Origin: a virus
Lineage: Duplodnaviria; Heunggongvirae; Uroviricota; Caudoviricetes
Reading direction: 5' to 3' (one strand)
Virus record (IMG/VR): IMGVR_UViG_3300042298_002704
Length of the DNA stretch: 64,000 nucleotides
The first letter of the stretch is position 1, and each line of letters opens with the position of its first letter. The notes below the pieces were generated by a model. It was not told the origin of the DNA. It ran no database searches and saw only the letters and a list, made by a program, of their open reading frames with translations. The position numbers were made by a program, and so were the translations under genes. This document shows, in pieces, positions 28,168 to 36,691 of this stretch.

Positions 28168-28833
28168 TTAACTTGCGTTTGTGAGAACGTTCAGTTCTAT
28201 TTGTTCGTTCAACGTTTGATTTTCAATTTTTTTGTTTGAAATTACAGTTCGCCCTGAAAGTTCACATTGAAAAACATTACTTTTTGATTTAACCTCGGCC
28301 TGTTCCTTTAATACAGATTTTTCAACTGTCGAATCAGAAACTCGTGAACCGTTATAAAGTTCGCTATATGAAACATTTGATTTTTTACAAACAACTGTCC
28401 AATTTTTTAAAATTGAACTTTTAATTATCGGTTCATCATAAATATCAACGTTATCGTGAATTTCTGAATCTTCAATTTGGGCGTTCCCCCATATTCGAAC
28501 CTTATCACTAACAACTGTATTTTTCAAATTAACATTTTCAAATACTTGACAGTCACCTGTTACAAATGAATTTTCAAGTTGAGCATTATCATAAACTTTT
28601 GCAAGTTGCGAAACCCAACTGTCGTCTTCTTGACTTAAATTTTTTTCACTCTGAATGTATCCGCCAATCGTGCCCTCTCTTATAAATTGGGTTTTACATT
28701 GAAAATCTTTCAACGCTAAAACTCGATATAATTTTACAGGTAGACCTTTTTTTGGATGTTTCCAAGTGATGTGGTCGTTTTTTAAAATTTGATACTTCAT
28801 TAAGCCTGAACTCCTTTTTGATTGATTGACCAA
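28168..28833 (-). CDS. Beta-helix-like repeat protein
   Basis: Degenerate short repeats (NVxxxNxxV / DNVDIYD) over ~150 aa. Confidence 0.45.
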   Translation of the reverse strand: MVNQSKRSSGLMKYQILKNDHITWKHPKKGLPVKLYRVLALKDFQCKTQFIREGTIGGYIQSEKNLSQEDDSWVSQLAKVYDNAQLENSFVTGDCQVFENVNLKNTVVSDKVRIWGNAQIEDSEIHDNVDIYDEPIIKSSILKNWTVVCKKSNVSYSELYNGSRVSDSTVEKSVLKEQAEVKSKSNVFQCELSGRTVISNKKIENQTLNEQIELNVLTNAS

Positions 28834-29036
28834 TTATTTTCAGAATCTTTGGTCAAATTCCAACCGGAATCATTTAACAAGGCTTTGATTTCCTGAAAAT
28901 ACCTTTGCGTTTGGTATTCAGGTTTGAACTTAAAAGTGTGATTTTGCATTTTAGTTTTTACATCATTAATTGCAAGATGTAATTGGGTAGGAAACGCAAA
29001 CAATTCCTGCGGTGTGGGAAATATGTTATTCTCCAT
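28800..29036 (-). CDS. Hypothetical small protein
   Basis: 78 aa. Confidence 0.4.
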   Translation of the reverse strand: MENNIFPTPQELFAFPTQLHLAINDVKTKMQNHTFKFKPEYQTQRYFQEIKALLNDSGWNLTKDSENNWSINQKGVQA

Positions 29037-29319
29037 AAAATTCTTCGTACTCCTCTTCTATTTCAGTTTGTTTAGGTTTAACTTCCTTGATATTAAGGAA
29101 GCGGGTTAATTTGCTACTGTTATTGAATTCAGTCATTCCGGTATTATAGTTTTTTAGATGAAAAGCACCGTCCTCAAACCATTCTACCATATTAACATCA
29201 ACAATAAAATCTTCATACGGAACATCATATTTCTGCCATACTTCTAAAATAGCATCATTTCTATTTTCAGAATTAACTGAAAAACACGCTCCGTCATTCA
29301 TTAAAATTATATATTTCAT
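29026..29319 (-). CDS. Hypothetical protein
   Basis: 97 aa. Confidence 0.45.
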   Translation of the reverse strand: MKYIILMNDGACFSVNSENRNDAILEVWQKYDVPYEDFIVDVNMVEWFEDGAFHLKNYNTGMTEFNNSSKLTRFLNIKEVKPKQTEIEEEYEEFYGE

Positions 29320-29331
29320 TTTGAAAATTTT

Positions 29332-29844
29332 TTACACGCCTTGACATAAATGATTTGCAGCCTTACAAGCGATTTGATCTTCCCATTGGTCGGGCATATG
29401 AGCATTTTCTTTGTATTTCACCATATATTTGAAATCATAACCCAATGCCCAACCTTTTGCTGCGGAAACCAACCGATTTGAAACGGTGTCAACAAGGTTG
29501 TTGTAATCAAATTCCAACATAATCATTTCTTTTGGAATAATTTGTTCTTGGGTCAATTTCAACGCAACGTCGATAGTTAATTGACATTCGCGTAAAAGTT
29601 TGGTAAATAAATCGGGCTTGCCACTTTCTGTTCTATAACTTTGAACTTTTTCTTTAACGAAGATAAAATGAACTCCTTGTTTACCATATCTAAACGCAAC
29701 TACGGTGTAATAATAAACAAAACCATGTGCTGCACTGGAATCCGTTCCGATATGAATTTTTAAATCAGAACCATGTTTGATTCGTTGTTCCAAACAATGT
29801 TGAATTAGATCAACATTTTGACGTTTGTAATTTTTAAATTGCAT
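29332..29844 (-). CDS. Hypothetical protein
   Basis: 170 aa. Confidence 0.5.
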   Translation of the reverse strand: MQFKNYKRQNVDLIQHCLEQRIKHGSDLKIHIGTDSSAAHGFVYYYTVVAFRYGKQGVHFIFVKEKVQSYRTESGKPDLFTKLLRECQLTIDVALKLTQEQIIPKEMIMLEFDYNNLVDTVSNRLVSAAKGWALGYDFKYMVKYKENAHMPDQWEDQIACKAANHLCQGV

Positions 29845-29855
29845 TGTTCAAAAAT

Positions 29856-30266
29856 TTAATCATCCTCGCCGGGCTCATCTTCTGTTTCTTCAACTTCACT
29901 CATATCATGATGAATGAAAATTGGACGTGGATACAATTTGATTGTAGGTTCGAGTTGGAGAAACTTATCAATTCGTTTAACCAAAGTTTCATGAAATTCA
30001 AATACGACGGCGCTGTTACCGTCAATAAATTCGATTAAAGTTTCTTCGGGAGAATCCGGAATCTGCATCATTGCTGCAATTTTTTGAATATCATCTCGCC
30101 GAATATATGAATATGCAATTACATCGGTCTCAATTTGTTCGCCTTTTTTTCTTTTTCCTTCCGCAATTTCTTCCGGAGGTAAATCAAGTTTTTTGGCTAA
30201 TTCATTTATTGACTTGGGATAAATCCCATTATACAACACGCGCACTTTAAACCAGTTTGGATTCAT
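29856..30266 (-). CDS. Hypothetical protein with an acidic C-terminus
   Basis: 136 aa. EETEDEPGEDD tail. Confidence 0.5.
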   Translation of the reverse strand: MNPNWFKVRVLYNGIYPKSINELAKKLDLPPEEIAEGKRKKGEQIETDVIAYSYIRRDDIQKIAAMMQIPDSPEETLIEFIDGNSAVVFEFHETLVKRIDKFLQLEPTIKLYPRPIFIHHDMSEVEETEDEPGEDD

Positions 30267-30495
30267 TATTTTCTTTTAATTGTTAACTTTAATGTAGAGT
30301 CTCTGAAATAAATATCTACGTTTTCTTTATTAATAATTACACAACCACGTTCAATATCAAAACAACATCTGATATAACCTTCTACAAAACCATCCGATTT
30401 ATTTACTGGTTTGATATAGTAATAAAATGTCCAACTGACGTTAAACCCCAGTAAGAATATAATTAAAAAATGTAATATAGGTTTTAACTTTTGCA
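30266..30495 (-). CDS. Small membrane protein (trimmed to an internal Met; the upstream part overlaps a tRNA)
   Basis: MQKLKPILHFLIIFLLGFNVSWTFYYY hydrophobic N-terminus. Confidence 0.35.
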
Positions 30496-30500
30496 TTTTT

Positions 30501-30572
30501 GTCAGGGTAATCAGAATCGAACTGATATCACTTGATTGGAAATCAAATACACTAACCGTTGTGCTATACCCC
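30501..30572 (-). tRNA. tRNA-Gly (anticodon TCC)
   Basis: Hand fold: acceptor CGGGGTA/TACCCTG, anticodon stem TTTGA/TCAAG, loop TTTCCAA, T-arm ATCAG-TTCGATT-CTGAT. Confidence 0.55.
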
Positions 30573-30741
30573 GTTAACCAGTTTGGAACTACCCTCAAAG
30601 CCTTACTGGAATTGCTTGGTTTTCAAATTGTTTCCTAATAAAGTTACATTCAGTCTCGTTAAGTAACTATAAAACAAAACCAAAAAGAACCTTTCGAACG
30701 ATTCGTTTCGGGCCGGATATTTGACCCATATCTGGGAGTTT

Positions 30742-30814
30742 GAGCAGTAGACTGGAATCGAGCCAGTTTCACCGATTTACAAGATCGGGCATCATCCATT
30801 AAATGCTTCAACTG
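30742..30814 (-). tRNA. tRNA-Thr (anticodon TGT)
   Basis: Acceptor GCAGTTG/CTACTGC (one mismatch). Anticodon stem CCGAT/ATCGG, loop CTTGTAA. T-arm ACTGG-CTCGATT-CCAGT. Confidence 0.5.
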
Positions 30815-30824
30815 CTTAGTTTTG

Positions 30825-30903
30825 TCGACTTGGAAAGATTCGAACTTTCATTTTCAACACCAATTACGAATATCGATCTTATCAGGATCGCTCGGTACAA
30901 GTC
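30825..30903 (-). tRNA. Atypical tRNA-like element: perfect T-arm and acceptor plus a GAT-anticodon-like hairpin, but no D-arm
   Basis: Acceptor CGACTTG/CAAGTCG. T-arm GAAAG-TTCGAAT-CTTTC. Hairpin CGATC-CTGATAA-GATCG. Spacing is not canonical. Confidence 0.3.
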
Positions 30904-30928
30904 GTTAATTTATTTTCAGTTTTGATAG

Positions 30929-31001
30929 TACCCACTATCGGAATCGAACCAATACTTTGCTTGTATGTAAAACAAGTGCCATACCATTAGGCGAAGCGGG
31001 T
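30929..31001 (-). tRNA. tRNA-Val (anticodon TAC)
   Basis: Acceptor ACCCGCT/AGTGGGT. Anticodon stem CTTGT/ACAAG, loop TTTACAT. T-arm ATTGG-TTCGATT-CCGAT. Confidence 0.55.
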
Positions 31002-31007
31002 AATTTG

Positions 31008-31085
31008 TGGCTATAATGGGTCTCGAACCACTACTGTCAGATTCAAAATCTGATTTGCTTCCATTACAACAATTCCCATTAAATT
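31008..31085 (-). tRNA. tRNA-like element with a Gln(TTG)-type anticodon arm and a poor acceptor stem
   Basis: Stem TCAGA/TCTGA with loop TTTTGAA. GGTTCGAGACC T-loop. I could not pair a convincing acceptor by hand. Confidence 0.3.
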
Positions 31086-31094
31086 TAATATTTT

Positions 31095-31184
31095 AGGGAG
31101 TATGACCAGAATCGAACTGGCTTAGATTTTTATATCTTTCAGGGTCACAACCTGATTCGTTTCCGACAAACGAGTTACATACTC
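31095..31184 (-). tRNA. tRNA-His (GTG) with G-1:C73 and an unusual ~18-nt hairpin in the variable region
   Basis: 8-bp acceptor GGAGTATG/CATACTCC(+C). Anticodon stem TCAGG/CCTGA, loop TTGTGAC. Variable hairpin AAGAT..ATCTA. T-arm GCCAG-TTCGATT-CTGGT. Confidence 0.45.
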
Positions 31185-31194
31185 CATTCATTTT

Positions 31195-31266
31195 GCGCCA
31201 TGCCCTCGATTCGAACGAGGAACCACGATTTTGGAGATCGTTCGGTTACCAGTTACCCCAGCACGA
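31195..31266 (-). tRNA. tRNA-Trp (anticodon CCA)
   Basis: Acceptor GTCGTGC/GCATGGC (two G-U). Anticodon stem ACGAT/ATCGT, loop CTCCAAA. T-arm CCTCG-TTCGAAT-CGAGG. Confidence 0.55.
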
Positions 31267-31273
31267 CAGTTGA

Positions 31274-31495
31274 TTATAAATATACTTTTTTAAACTTTTT
31301 TCTTCCTATACGCTTTATCAAAAACGCTTCGTTTAAATCCGTATCGAGAAAAACCTGATATCGCTTTCCGTCTCGATCCAAATATTTTGCTTTTGATAAT
31401 TCCCAATTACAATTCTTCAAAATTTGAAGACTGTCGGAGTCTTGACTAAATACCAAGATGGGGGATACCAAAAATATAAATATCAATTTTTTCAT
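31274..31495 (-). CDS. Small secreted protein (trimmed so it does not overlap tRNA-Asp)
   Basis: Signal peptide MKKLIFIFLVSPILVFS. Confidence 0.45.
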   Translation of the reverse strand: MKKLIFIFLVSPILVFSQDSDSLQILKNCNWELSKAKYLDRDGKRYQVFLDTDLNEAFLIKRIGRKKFKKVYL

Positions 31496-31511
31496 AATCA
31501 AAACTTCTTTG

Positions 31512-31584
31512 CAGTCCCGACGGGATTTGAACCCGCATACACCAGTGTGACAGACTGGCAGTTTAACCATTGTCCTACGGGACT
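31512..31584 (-). tRNA. tRNA-Asp (anticodon GTC)
   Basis: Acceptor AGTCCCG/CGGGACT. Anticodon stem CCAGT/ACTGG, loop CTGTCAC. T-arm GCGGG-TTCAAAT-CCCGT. Confidence 0.55.
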
Positions 31585-31592
31585 AAACCTTT

Positions 31593-32405
31593 TTATTGTT
31601 GATTGACAATCACCGGCGTTTTACCGTCAGTTATAATAACTTTATTGTTGGTACTACGAATAGCATCAATCCATTTATCTTGAAGAATTTCCTTAGTCAA
31701 CCCTTGTGTTTTTACCAAATCTTTTTCTCGATAAATTTTAGCCTTTTCTAATTCCATTTTAGCAATTTCAAGTTCATTTCGAGCCTGTTCTGCTTGTTGA
31801 ATTGTATTGTTTCTATTTTCAATGGCTTTAATCATAGATTCGGGAGGTCTCAATCCAGAACTCAACGTCAACAAATTGAAGAATTTTCCATTAAATTCGG
31901 TTTTCAGTCGAGTTTCTACCGCCAATTCAAATTTAGCCAAATTTTTCAATAACTCATCGGTCGAAAATTTTCTTGCTTCTTCCCGGTAAGCATTTAAAAT
32001 AATCGGAGTTAAAATATTGGTTTCGATATTGTCCATAAACCCTGATATATCTGCCGGATTAACGTGCTTGTAATTAAAAACAATTTCCGGACCTTTTCCC
32101 CTAATGGCTTCGTAAGCGTAATTTGGGTCTACCTTATAGAAGCCGCCATCATTTGTTGTTACACCGAGTTCTGGCGCATCTCCCTTTTGTTCGAACATGG
32201 GAACCTGATATAGTTCTGAGCAGGGACCAAGGGGACCCTGAGCGCCTGTAACAAGTTTAAAATCGGCAAGACCGTTTTTGCCGCAGTTTTCCATGAGAAC
32301 ACCTTCGAAATTTGGTTCAGGTCGATTACATCCCGTACAACCAGTTTGAAAAATTTGATAAACGCCCAATAGAGCAAAGAAAATAAAGAACTTAATTTGT
32401 TTCAT
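31593..32405 (-). CDS. SPFH/band-7-like lipoprotein
   Basis: Signal peptide ending in IFQTGC (lipobox-like). C-terminal coiled coil QQAEQARNELEIAKMELEKAKIYREKD typical of SPFH proteins. Confidence 0.45.
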   Translation of the reverse strand: MKQIKFFIFFALLGVYQIFQTGCTGCNRPEPNFEGVLMENCGKNGLADFKLVTGAQGPLGPCSELYQVPMFEQKGDAPELGVTTNDGGFYKVDPNYAYEAIRGKGPEIVFNYKHVNPADISGFMDNIETNILTPIILNAYREEARKFSTDELLKNLAKFELAVETRLKTEFNGKFFNLLTLSSGLRPPESMIKAIENRNNTIQQAEQARNELEIAKMELEKAKIYREKDLVKTQGLTKEILQDKWIDAIRSTNNKVIITDGKTPVIVNQQ

Positions 32406-32604
32406 TTAATGAACTGATTTTGATTCTTAAAAGTTAAATGTATAGCGAACATATCTATAAAATCCATAAAGTGATAATGGGAGTGTCAGATATGTCAGTT
32501 GAAAAATTTTAGATTGCCATAAATAGGTATGACCTATATATAACAAAAAACCCAATAATGGTACTGTTAAATATTTTAATTCTTTTTTCATTTTTAATGT
32601 TTTG

Positions 32605-32684
32605 TGCCCCCATCCGGCCTCGAACCGGAAAGCTCGCGCGGCACCGTTTAAGGATGCTGTGTTTACCAATTTCACCACAGGGGC
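32605..32684 (-). tRNA. tRNA-Leu (anticodon TAA), type II with a long variable arm
   Basis: Acceptor GCCCCTG/TGGGGGC. Anticodon stem GCATC/GGTGC, loop CTTAAAC. T-arm TCCGG-TTCGAGG-CCGGA. Confidence 0.65.
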
Positions 32685-32767
32685 AAATTATTAAATTTCA
32701 TTTTTGTTGGCTGAACAAATGCAATCCAAAAAGAAATTTACAAAGAAAAAAATCTATGTTCAGTTTC

Positions 32768-32843
32768 GTAGTCCATTTCAGATTCGAACTGAAACGTAAG
32801 CAATTCCTAAAATTGCCGCCTCTTCCGTTGGGCTAATGGACTA
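32768..32843 (-). tRNA. tRNA with anticodon TAG (Leu?) and an unusually short variable arm
   Basis: Acceptor TAGTCCA/TGGACTA. Anticodon stem GCAAT/ATTGC, loop TTTAGGA. T-arm TTCAG-TTCGAAT-CTGAA. Confidence 0.5.
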
Positions 32844-33041
32844 TTTAAATTTTTTAAATGATTTGAAAAACATATCCTTTGACATGATTGGTTTAAAATT
32901 GCCGTCGATATTTGAAATTTGAATTCCTTTCTCTCCAATTTCGAGAACTCTTACTCGGAGACCTCGATCAGTATCGGGAAAGGTCGGATCATAAAACCAA
33001 ATTTCGCCTATTTTTATTTTCGGTTTAAAAAAATTAAACAT
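32841..33041 (-). CDS. Hypothetical small protein
   Basis: 66 aa between tRNAs. Confidence 0.4.
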   Translation of the reverse strand: MFNFFKPKIKIGEIWFYDPTFPDTDRGLRVRVLEIGEKGIQISNIDGNFKPIMSKDMFFKSFKKFK

Positions 33042-33063
33042 ATTTAAACTGCTTAAATGTTAG

Positions 33064-33136
33064 TAGGCCGACATGGATTCGAACCATGAACAACGGATTA
33101 AAAGTCCGCGATTTTACCAATTGAAACTACCGACCC
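33064..33136 (-). tRNA. tRNA-Lys (anticodon TTT)
   Basis: Acceptor GGGTCGG/TCGGCCT (three G-U). D stem GTTT/AAAT. Anticodon stem GCGGA/TCCGT, loop CTTTTAA. T-arm CATGG-TTCGAAT-CCATG. Confidence 0.55.
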
Positions 33137-33363
33137 AATTTTCAATTAAATTCAGTCATTAACTTTTTAATGACCTTTTTCTTCTGTTTTTTGTTCCAAA
33201 TGTTTAATTACATTACAAAGGTAAAAAACCTTTTTCAATTTACCAAGTCCATTAACATTTCATTTGGAAAAGGATTGGATTTAAGTTCCAAATTTCGGTT
33301 TCTAATTGAAAGGTACTGTTCAGAAGAAAATCCAATCCTCTAATCACAAACAACTAAACAAAC

Positions 33364-33447
33364 GTGGACACATTTGGGATTTGAACCCAAGTGATCTTGT
33401 TTGCAAAACAAGTGCATAGCCTCTCTGCCAATGGCCCCTAATAAAGT
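33364..33447 (-). tRNA. tRNA-Ala(TGC)-like element with a poorly pairing acceptor
   Basis: Anticodon stem CTTGT/ACAAG, loop TTTGCAA. T-arm TTGGG-TTCAAAT-CCCAA. Acceptor pairs in at most 5 of 7 positions. Confidence 0.3.
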
Positions 33448-33508
33448 CTAATCTTCAAAGGTTTTTATGAATTTACAAGTTTCGAGTAACCTTTGAAATG
33501 TGACTTTT

Positions 33509-33584
33509 TGGTGGCGAGGTCGAGATTTGAACTCGAAGTATAAGATCATGAGTCTTATGTGTTAACCAATTACACTACCTCGCT
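33509..33584 (-). tRNA. tRNA-Met/Ile2 (anticodon CAT), CCA encoded
   Basis: Acceptor AGCGAGG/CCTCGCC (A1:C72 unpaired). D stem GTGT/ACAC. Anticodon stem TAAGA/TCTTA, loop CTCATGA. T-arm TCGAG-TTCAAAT-CTCGA, then ACCA. Confidence 0.7.
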
Positions 33585-33764
33585 ATATTTCTTCTATCGA
33601 TTTCCTTCAAGATAATCAAACACCATTAAAAATGGCCCTATTACTGGAATGAAATCTAACATTTTTATTTTTAACCAAGAACCTTCTGCAATTGAAAGTG
33701 TGATATAAAAACAAAGTTGAAATAAAAATAATGATAGAAAATAGATCATTTTAGTTTATTTTAG

Positions 33765-33838
33765 TAGAGCGGACGGGGTACGATCCCGCACAGTCAAGAT
33801 TGAAAATCTTGTTTCTTAGCCAATTTGAATACCGCTCC
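33765..33838 (-). tRNA. tRNA-Glu (anticodon TTC)
   Basis: Acceptor GGAGCGG/CCGCTCT. Anticodon stem CAAGA/TCTTG, loop TTTTCAA. T-loop ATCGTAC is atypical. Confidence 0.55.
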
Positions 33839-33909
33839 AAGTATTTAACCAAAGTACCAGCCAGACCTCTCGTTTACTGCCCACCATTGAGGTTGTTTGT
33901 TCCACTTTT

Positions 33910-33936
33910 AAGAGCAGCATAGGATTCGAACCTACG
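33910..33936 (-). ncRNA. tRNA 3' fragment (T-arm plus 3' acceptor strand only)
   Basis: GTAGG-TTCGAAT-CCTAT then GCTGCTC. The 5' side is AT-rich with no complementary acceptor strand. Confidence 0.3.
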
Positions 33937-33949
33937 AACATTTGGTTAA

Positions 33950-34150
33950 TTATTTATTTGGGTTTTCAATTGAATGAATATTCAACTGATTTAAACTTAC
34001 CATCACAAATCCGTAACAAAGCACTGATGTTTGAATCGCATCCCAATTTATTGTTTGAAATAGAGCCAAATCCAATATAAACTTGGCCATTCCCCCAAAA
34101 CAAAATGCAATTAACGGCATTATTGAAAGTGATAATTTATTTGCTTGCAT
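33950..34150 (-). CDS. Small hydrophobic protein
   Basis: 66 aa with two hydrophobic stretches. Confidence 0.4.
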   Translation of the reverse strand: MQANKLSLSIMPLIAFCFGGMAKFILDLALFQTINWDAIQTSVLCYGFVMVSLNQLNIHSIENPNK

Positions 34151-34160
34151 TTTTTAGATG

Positions 34161-34436
34161 TTAATTACTCACTCTGGTTATTAAAAATTCTTCACAAAAA
34201 TCTCCAGTATCAGGATAAATCAAATCTATTTTGAATGATTCCGAAGGCCGAACCTTTGAAAGGTATATACTTCGCGTCATTTCCGTTCCATCTGTAAGTT
34301 TACCGGAATAGCCGATGGAATCAAATTCTTTTAGTTCTTCGCGATCCAAGAAATCTAATTGATCGCCAGATGAACTGATTTTACCCATTACGGTTTTAAT
34401 TCTGTAAGTTTCAATTTTCATGTTTGTTAATTTCAT
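34161..34436 (-). CDS. Hypothetical protein
   Basis: 91 aa. ATG start. Confidence 0.45.
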   Translation of the reverse strand: MKLTNMKIETYRIKTVMGKISSSGDQLDFLDREELKEFDSIGYSGKLTDGTEMTRSIYLSKVRPSESFKIDLIYPDTGDFCEEFLITRVSN

Positions 34437-34923
34437 TTAAAAACCACAATAAAAAGACCTCTCAAAGATACAAACTTGTGGTTAGAAAAGCACAAAACAA
34501 AGTTTTATACCCTTCATTTGTTCTTAGGCAGTGTGGCTATATAGCACTTTTCATGGCGTTTTACAGTACGGGAAATTAACTACTTTCAACGTTTAAGGTT
34601 TGAAACCTGAGTGTAGTTGTTTTTATGTCGATTTCCCATCTGCCCAACAAAACTTTTTACCTTGATCCTCAGTCATACATGAAAAGTTTCGTAGCCAACT
34701 CAACCTTTTTTCAACCACTTCAAGGTTGGTTTTTGCGCGGTGGTAACTGACGGTAACGATCCGACTTTTCAGGATTTTCAGTCCTGCACATTGACCATCA
34801 ATGTTAAGTTACCAAAATGAGCAGCGTTATTGTAAATTTTTTTAATAGTATCAATTTGTTGTTATCTTGGTCCGACAATCAAGGGCTTGTTACCAATTTA
34901 CAAAATCATATCGGCCTTACTCT

Positions 34924-34963
34924 TGGTGACGTAGCCGGAATCGAACCGCGCTATCTGAACTAC
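34924..34963 (-). ncRNA. tRNA-like 3' minihelix with encoded CCA
   Basis: …GCGG-TTCGATT-CCGG-CTACGTC-A-CCA. Upstream body is unstructured and AT-rich. Confidence 0.3.
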
Positions 34964-35040
34964 TTATTTTTTAAGCCCTCTATTCTAATAGACCTTAGAC
35001 TTTAAATCCTCATTCAGCCCTTTTACGCCATTTAATCTTG

Positions 35041-35115
35041 CATCTGTACGGGATTCGAACCCGCGTTTCCCGCTCCCGGGCGCTTTGACCGCTAAACTAA
35101 CAGACTCCTATCGAA
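35041..35115 (-). ncRNA. GC-rich tRNA-like element (good T-arm and acceptor, non-canonical body)
   Basis: Acceptor AGTCTGT/ACAGATG. T-arm GCGGG-TTCGAAT-CCCGT. Body CCCGGGAGCGGG does not give an anticodon arm. Confidence 0.25.
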
Positions 35116-35181
35116 TATTCAACTTCGTGTCAGCTTGGCTGATTATCCGCTACTCCGTTCCCCCTGACAAGGTACTTGTTT

Positions 35182-35256
35182 TGGCGCACCATCAAGGACT
35201 TGAACCTCGAACCCTCACTTTAACAAAGTGCCGCTCTACATTGGAGCTAATGGCGC
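35182..35256 (-). tRNA. tRNA-Asn (anticodon GTT), CCA encoded
   Basis: Acceptor GCGCCAT/ATGGTGC (G3-U70). D stem GCTC/GAGC. Anticodon stem CACT/AGTG, loop TTGTTAA. T-arm CGAGG-TTCAAGT-CCTTG, then GCCA. Confidence 0.55.
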
Positions 35257-35373
35257 AATTTTAAATAACGAACCTTTCCCAGAACGAAATTGAATTACGG
35301 ATACTGTGATTTTTACACTTCGAGCCGTTGGCTCCGACTTCAATAGTACGCAAACCCGCATTCGTTATTTATA

Positions 35374-35400
35374 ATACAAAGGTAAAAACATTTTTTGTAA
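35374..35400 (-). promoter_or_regulatory. tRNA-island promoter copy 1 (TACCTTTG type)
   Basis: ATTTATAATACAAAGGTAAAAACATTTTT, directly repeated at 35536-35570. Lies upstream (on the - strand) of tRNA-Asn. Confidence 0.45.
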
Positions 35401-35535
35401 ATAATAGGTCTGGTGCGTTTCCGTTAAACCCGCGTATTCCTTGTCGTTTTTACGACTCATCCAGAAGTAACTGTTACCTTATGCGCTTTAAAGAATTCAG
35501 GGCCGACAGTAAGGTTTTAACCTTAGTTTCCTACT

Positions 35536-35570
35536 TCCTATTATTTACAATACAAAGGTAAAAACATTTT
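35536..35570 (-). promoter_or_regulatory. tRNA-island promoter copy 2
   Basis: ~30-nt direct repeat of the 35374-35400 element. Confidence 0.45.
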
Positions 35571-35611
35571 TGATAACCACCAAATTATTTTTTACCGTTA
35601 ACATTCCGTTT

Positions 35612-35709
35612 AGACGTTTGTTTAGGAATCGAACCTAAAAATCTTCACATAATTAAATGTGGTCTTGTACCTAGGATTCGGTTGTTTTACCAATTAAACT
35701 AACAAACGT
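35612..35709 (-). ncRNA. Over-long (98 nt) tRNA-like element
   Basis: Acceptor ACGTTTG/CAAACGT. T-arm TTTAGG-TTCGATT-CCTAAA. D-like GTTT..AAAC. Internal CACAT/ATGTG hairpin. Length is inconsistent with a standard tRNA. Confidence 0.3.
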
Positions 35710-35942
35710 TTTTAAAAAATGAACCTGTGAAGTTGACTTTACTTCCTTATTCATTACCGACAATGTTTAATATTTCATGCGTTCAGGACGCACTCATCTG
35801 TCGTTTTCATCAACTCTTTTCAGAGTAGGTTCAAAATGCAGTCCAGTATAAGTCCCATTAGCATAGTATTTTCTTTGGCGATATTTACCGAACTTTATAA
35901 AGGTTCCATACCTAATCGGGAAGTCACCTATAACCCACCTCG

Positions 35943-36026
35943 TGGGAGCAAAAGGATTCGAACCTCTGTGTCTGGTTAGGAACCTGATTTACAGTCAGGT
36001 GCAATCGACCGCTCTGCCATACTCCC
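35943..36026 (-). tRNA. tRNA-Tyr (anticodon GTA), type II
   Basis: Acceptor GGGAGTA/TGCTCCC. Anticodon stem CCTGA/TCAGG, loop CTGTAAA. Long variable arm. T-arm AGAGG-TTCGAAT-CCTTT. Confidence 0.65.
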
Positions 36027-36399
36027 GAAAATTACTCAAAAAACCGAATAACTTTTTTGTCATTCTGACGGCGTTTTTTGGCTGTCTGTTTTTTGATCCA
36101 ACGGCGAGCGTGTTTACACCATTCGCCATTCATTTTCATGTTAGTTGCGTTCATAATATTAAGTTTAGTTTATCTGAAAGCGTTTAAGGATTTTTTTGTT
36201 TAATCATTTACGTCTACAACCTACTTGCTTTGTGGCCACTTGGACTGACTACCAAGAACTCGTGACTATCAATCATCGCGACGTTAATTAAACATCCTCA
36301 CTCCGTTTAACCATACGGAAATGGTTTAATTTCTTAGTACAAAGGTAAGTAAACTTTTTCAATCTGCCAAACCTTTTAACAACTTATTAACTTTTCTTT

Positions 36400-36532
36400 T
36401 TTCTTGTTTTCGGTCGTAATACTTGGGACTTTTATGAGTCCGGGTAAAAGTCTTGACCGGAGTTCCTTCCCATTCTTTGAGAATGTTGTGGTAGGAGGGT
36501 TTTTGAATTTGAATTTTAGTTTTCTGTTTCAT
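36400..36532 (-). CDS. Small basic ORF (~44 aa)
   Basis: ATG at 36532. Lys-rich. Below the ORF-track size cutoff. Confidence 0.2.
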
Positions 36533-36547
36533 TTCCGTTGTAATAAA

Positions 36548-36583
36548 AATGTGCCATAAAGGTACAATCCTCTAAGGCACATT
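36548..36583 (-). terminator. Putative terminator after the 36692-36985 gene
   Basis: AATGTGCC…GGCACATT stem. A-run on the + strand gives a T-run on the - strand. Confidence 0.35.
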
Positions 36584-36691
36584 TCCAAATGTTTTTACAG
36601 TATTAACAACTGGTTAACATAGGCAGTGCCTCGGCTTATTGGATAAATAAAATCGTTCTTGTTTTTTCATACACATAAATATCCAAAATTT

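Noticed and set aside
30574-30700. Possible additional tRNA between tRNA-Gly and tRNA-Thr (an inverted repeat AGTTAC…GTAACT and a + strand anticodon-like hairpin CCGGATAT…ATATCTGG)
   Set aside because: I could not find a T-arm or acceptor pairing on either strand. It is more likely a simple stem-loop or spacer.
32427-32836. ORFs 32427-32678 (-) and 32558-32836 (+) in the tRNA island
   Set aside because: They overlap tRNA-Leu(TAA) and tRNA(TAG) and have no promoter context. Other ORFs covering tRNA genes were rejected likewise (31424-31606, 34817-35005, 35328-35561, 35942-36187, 39216-39437).
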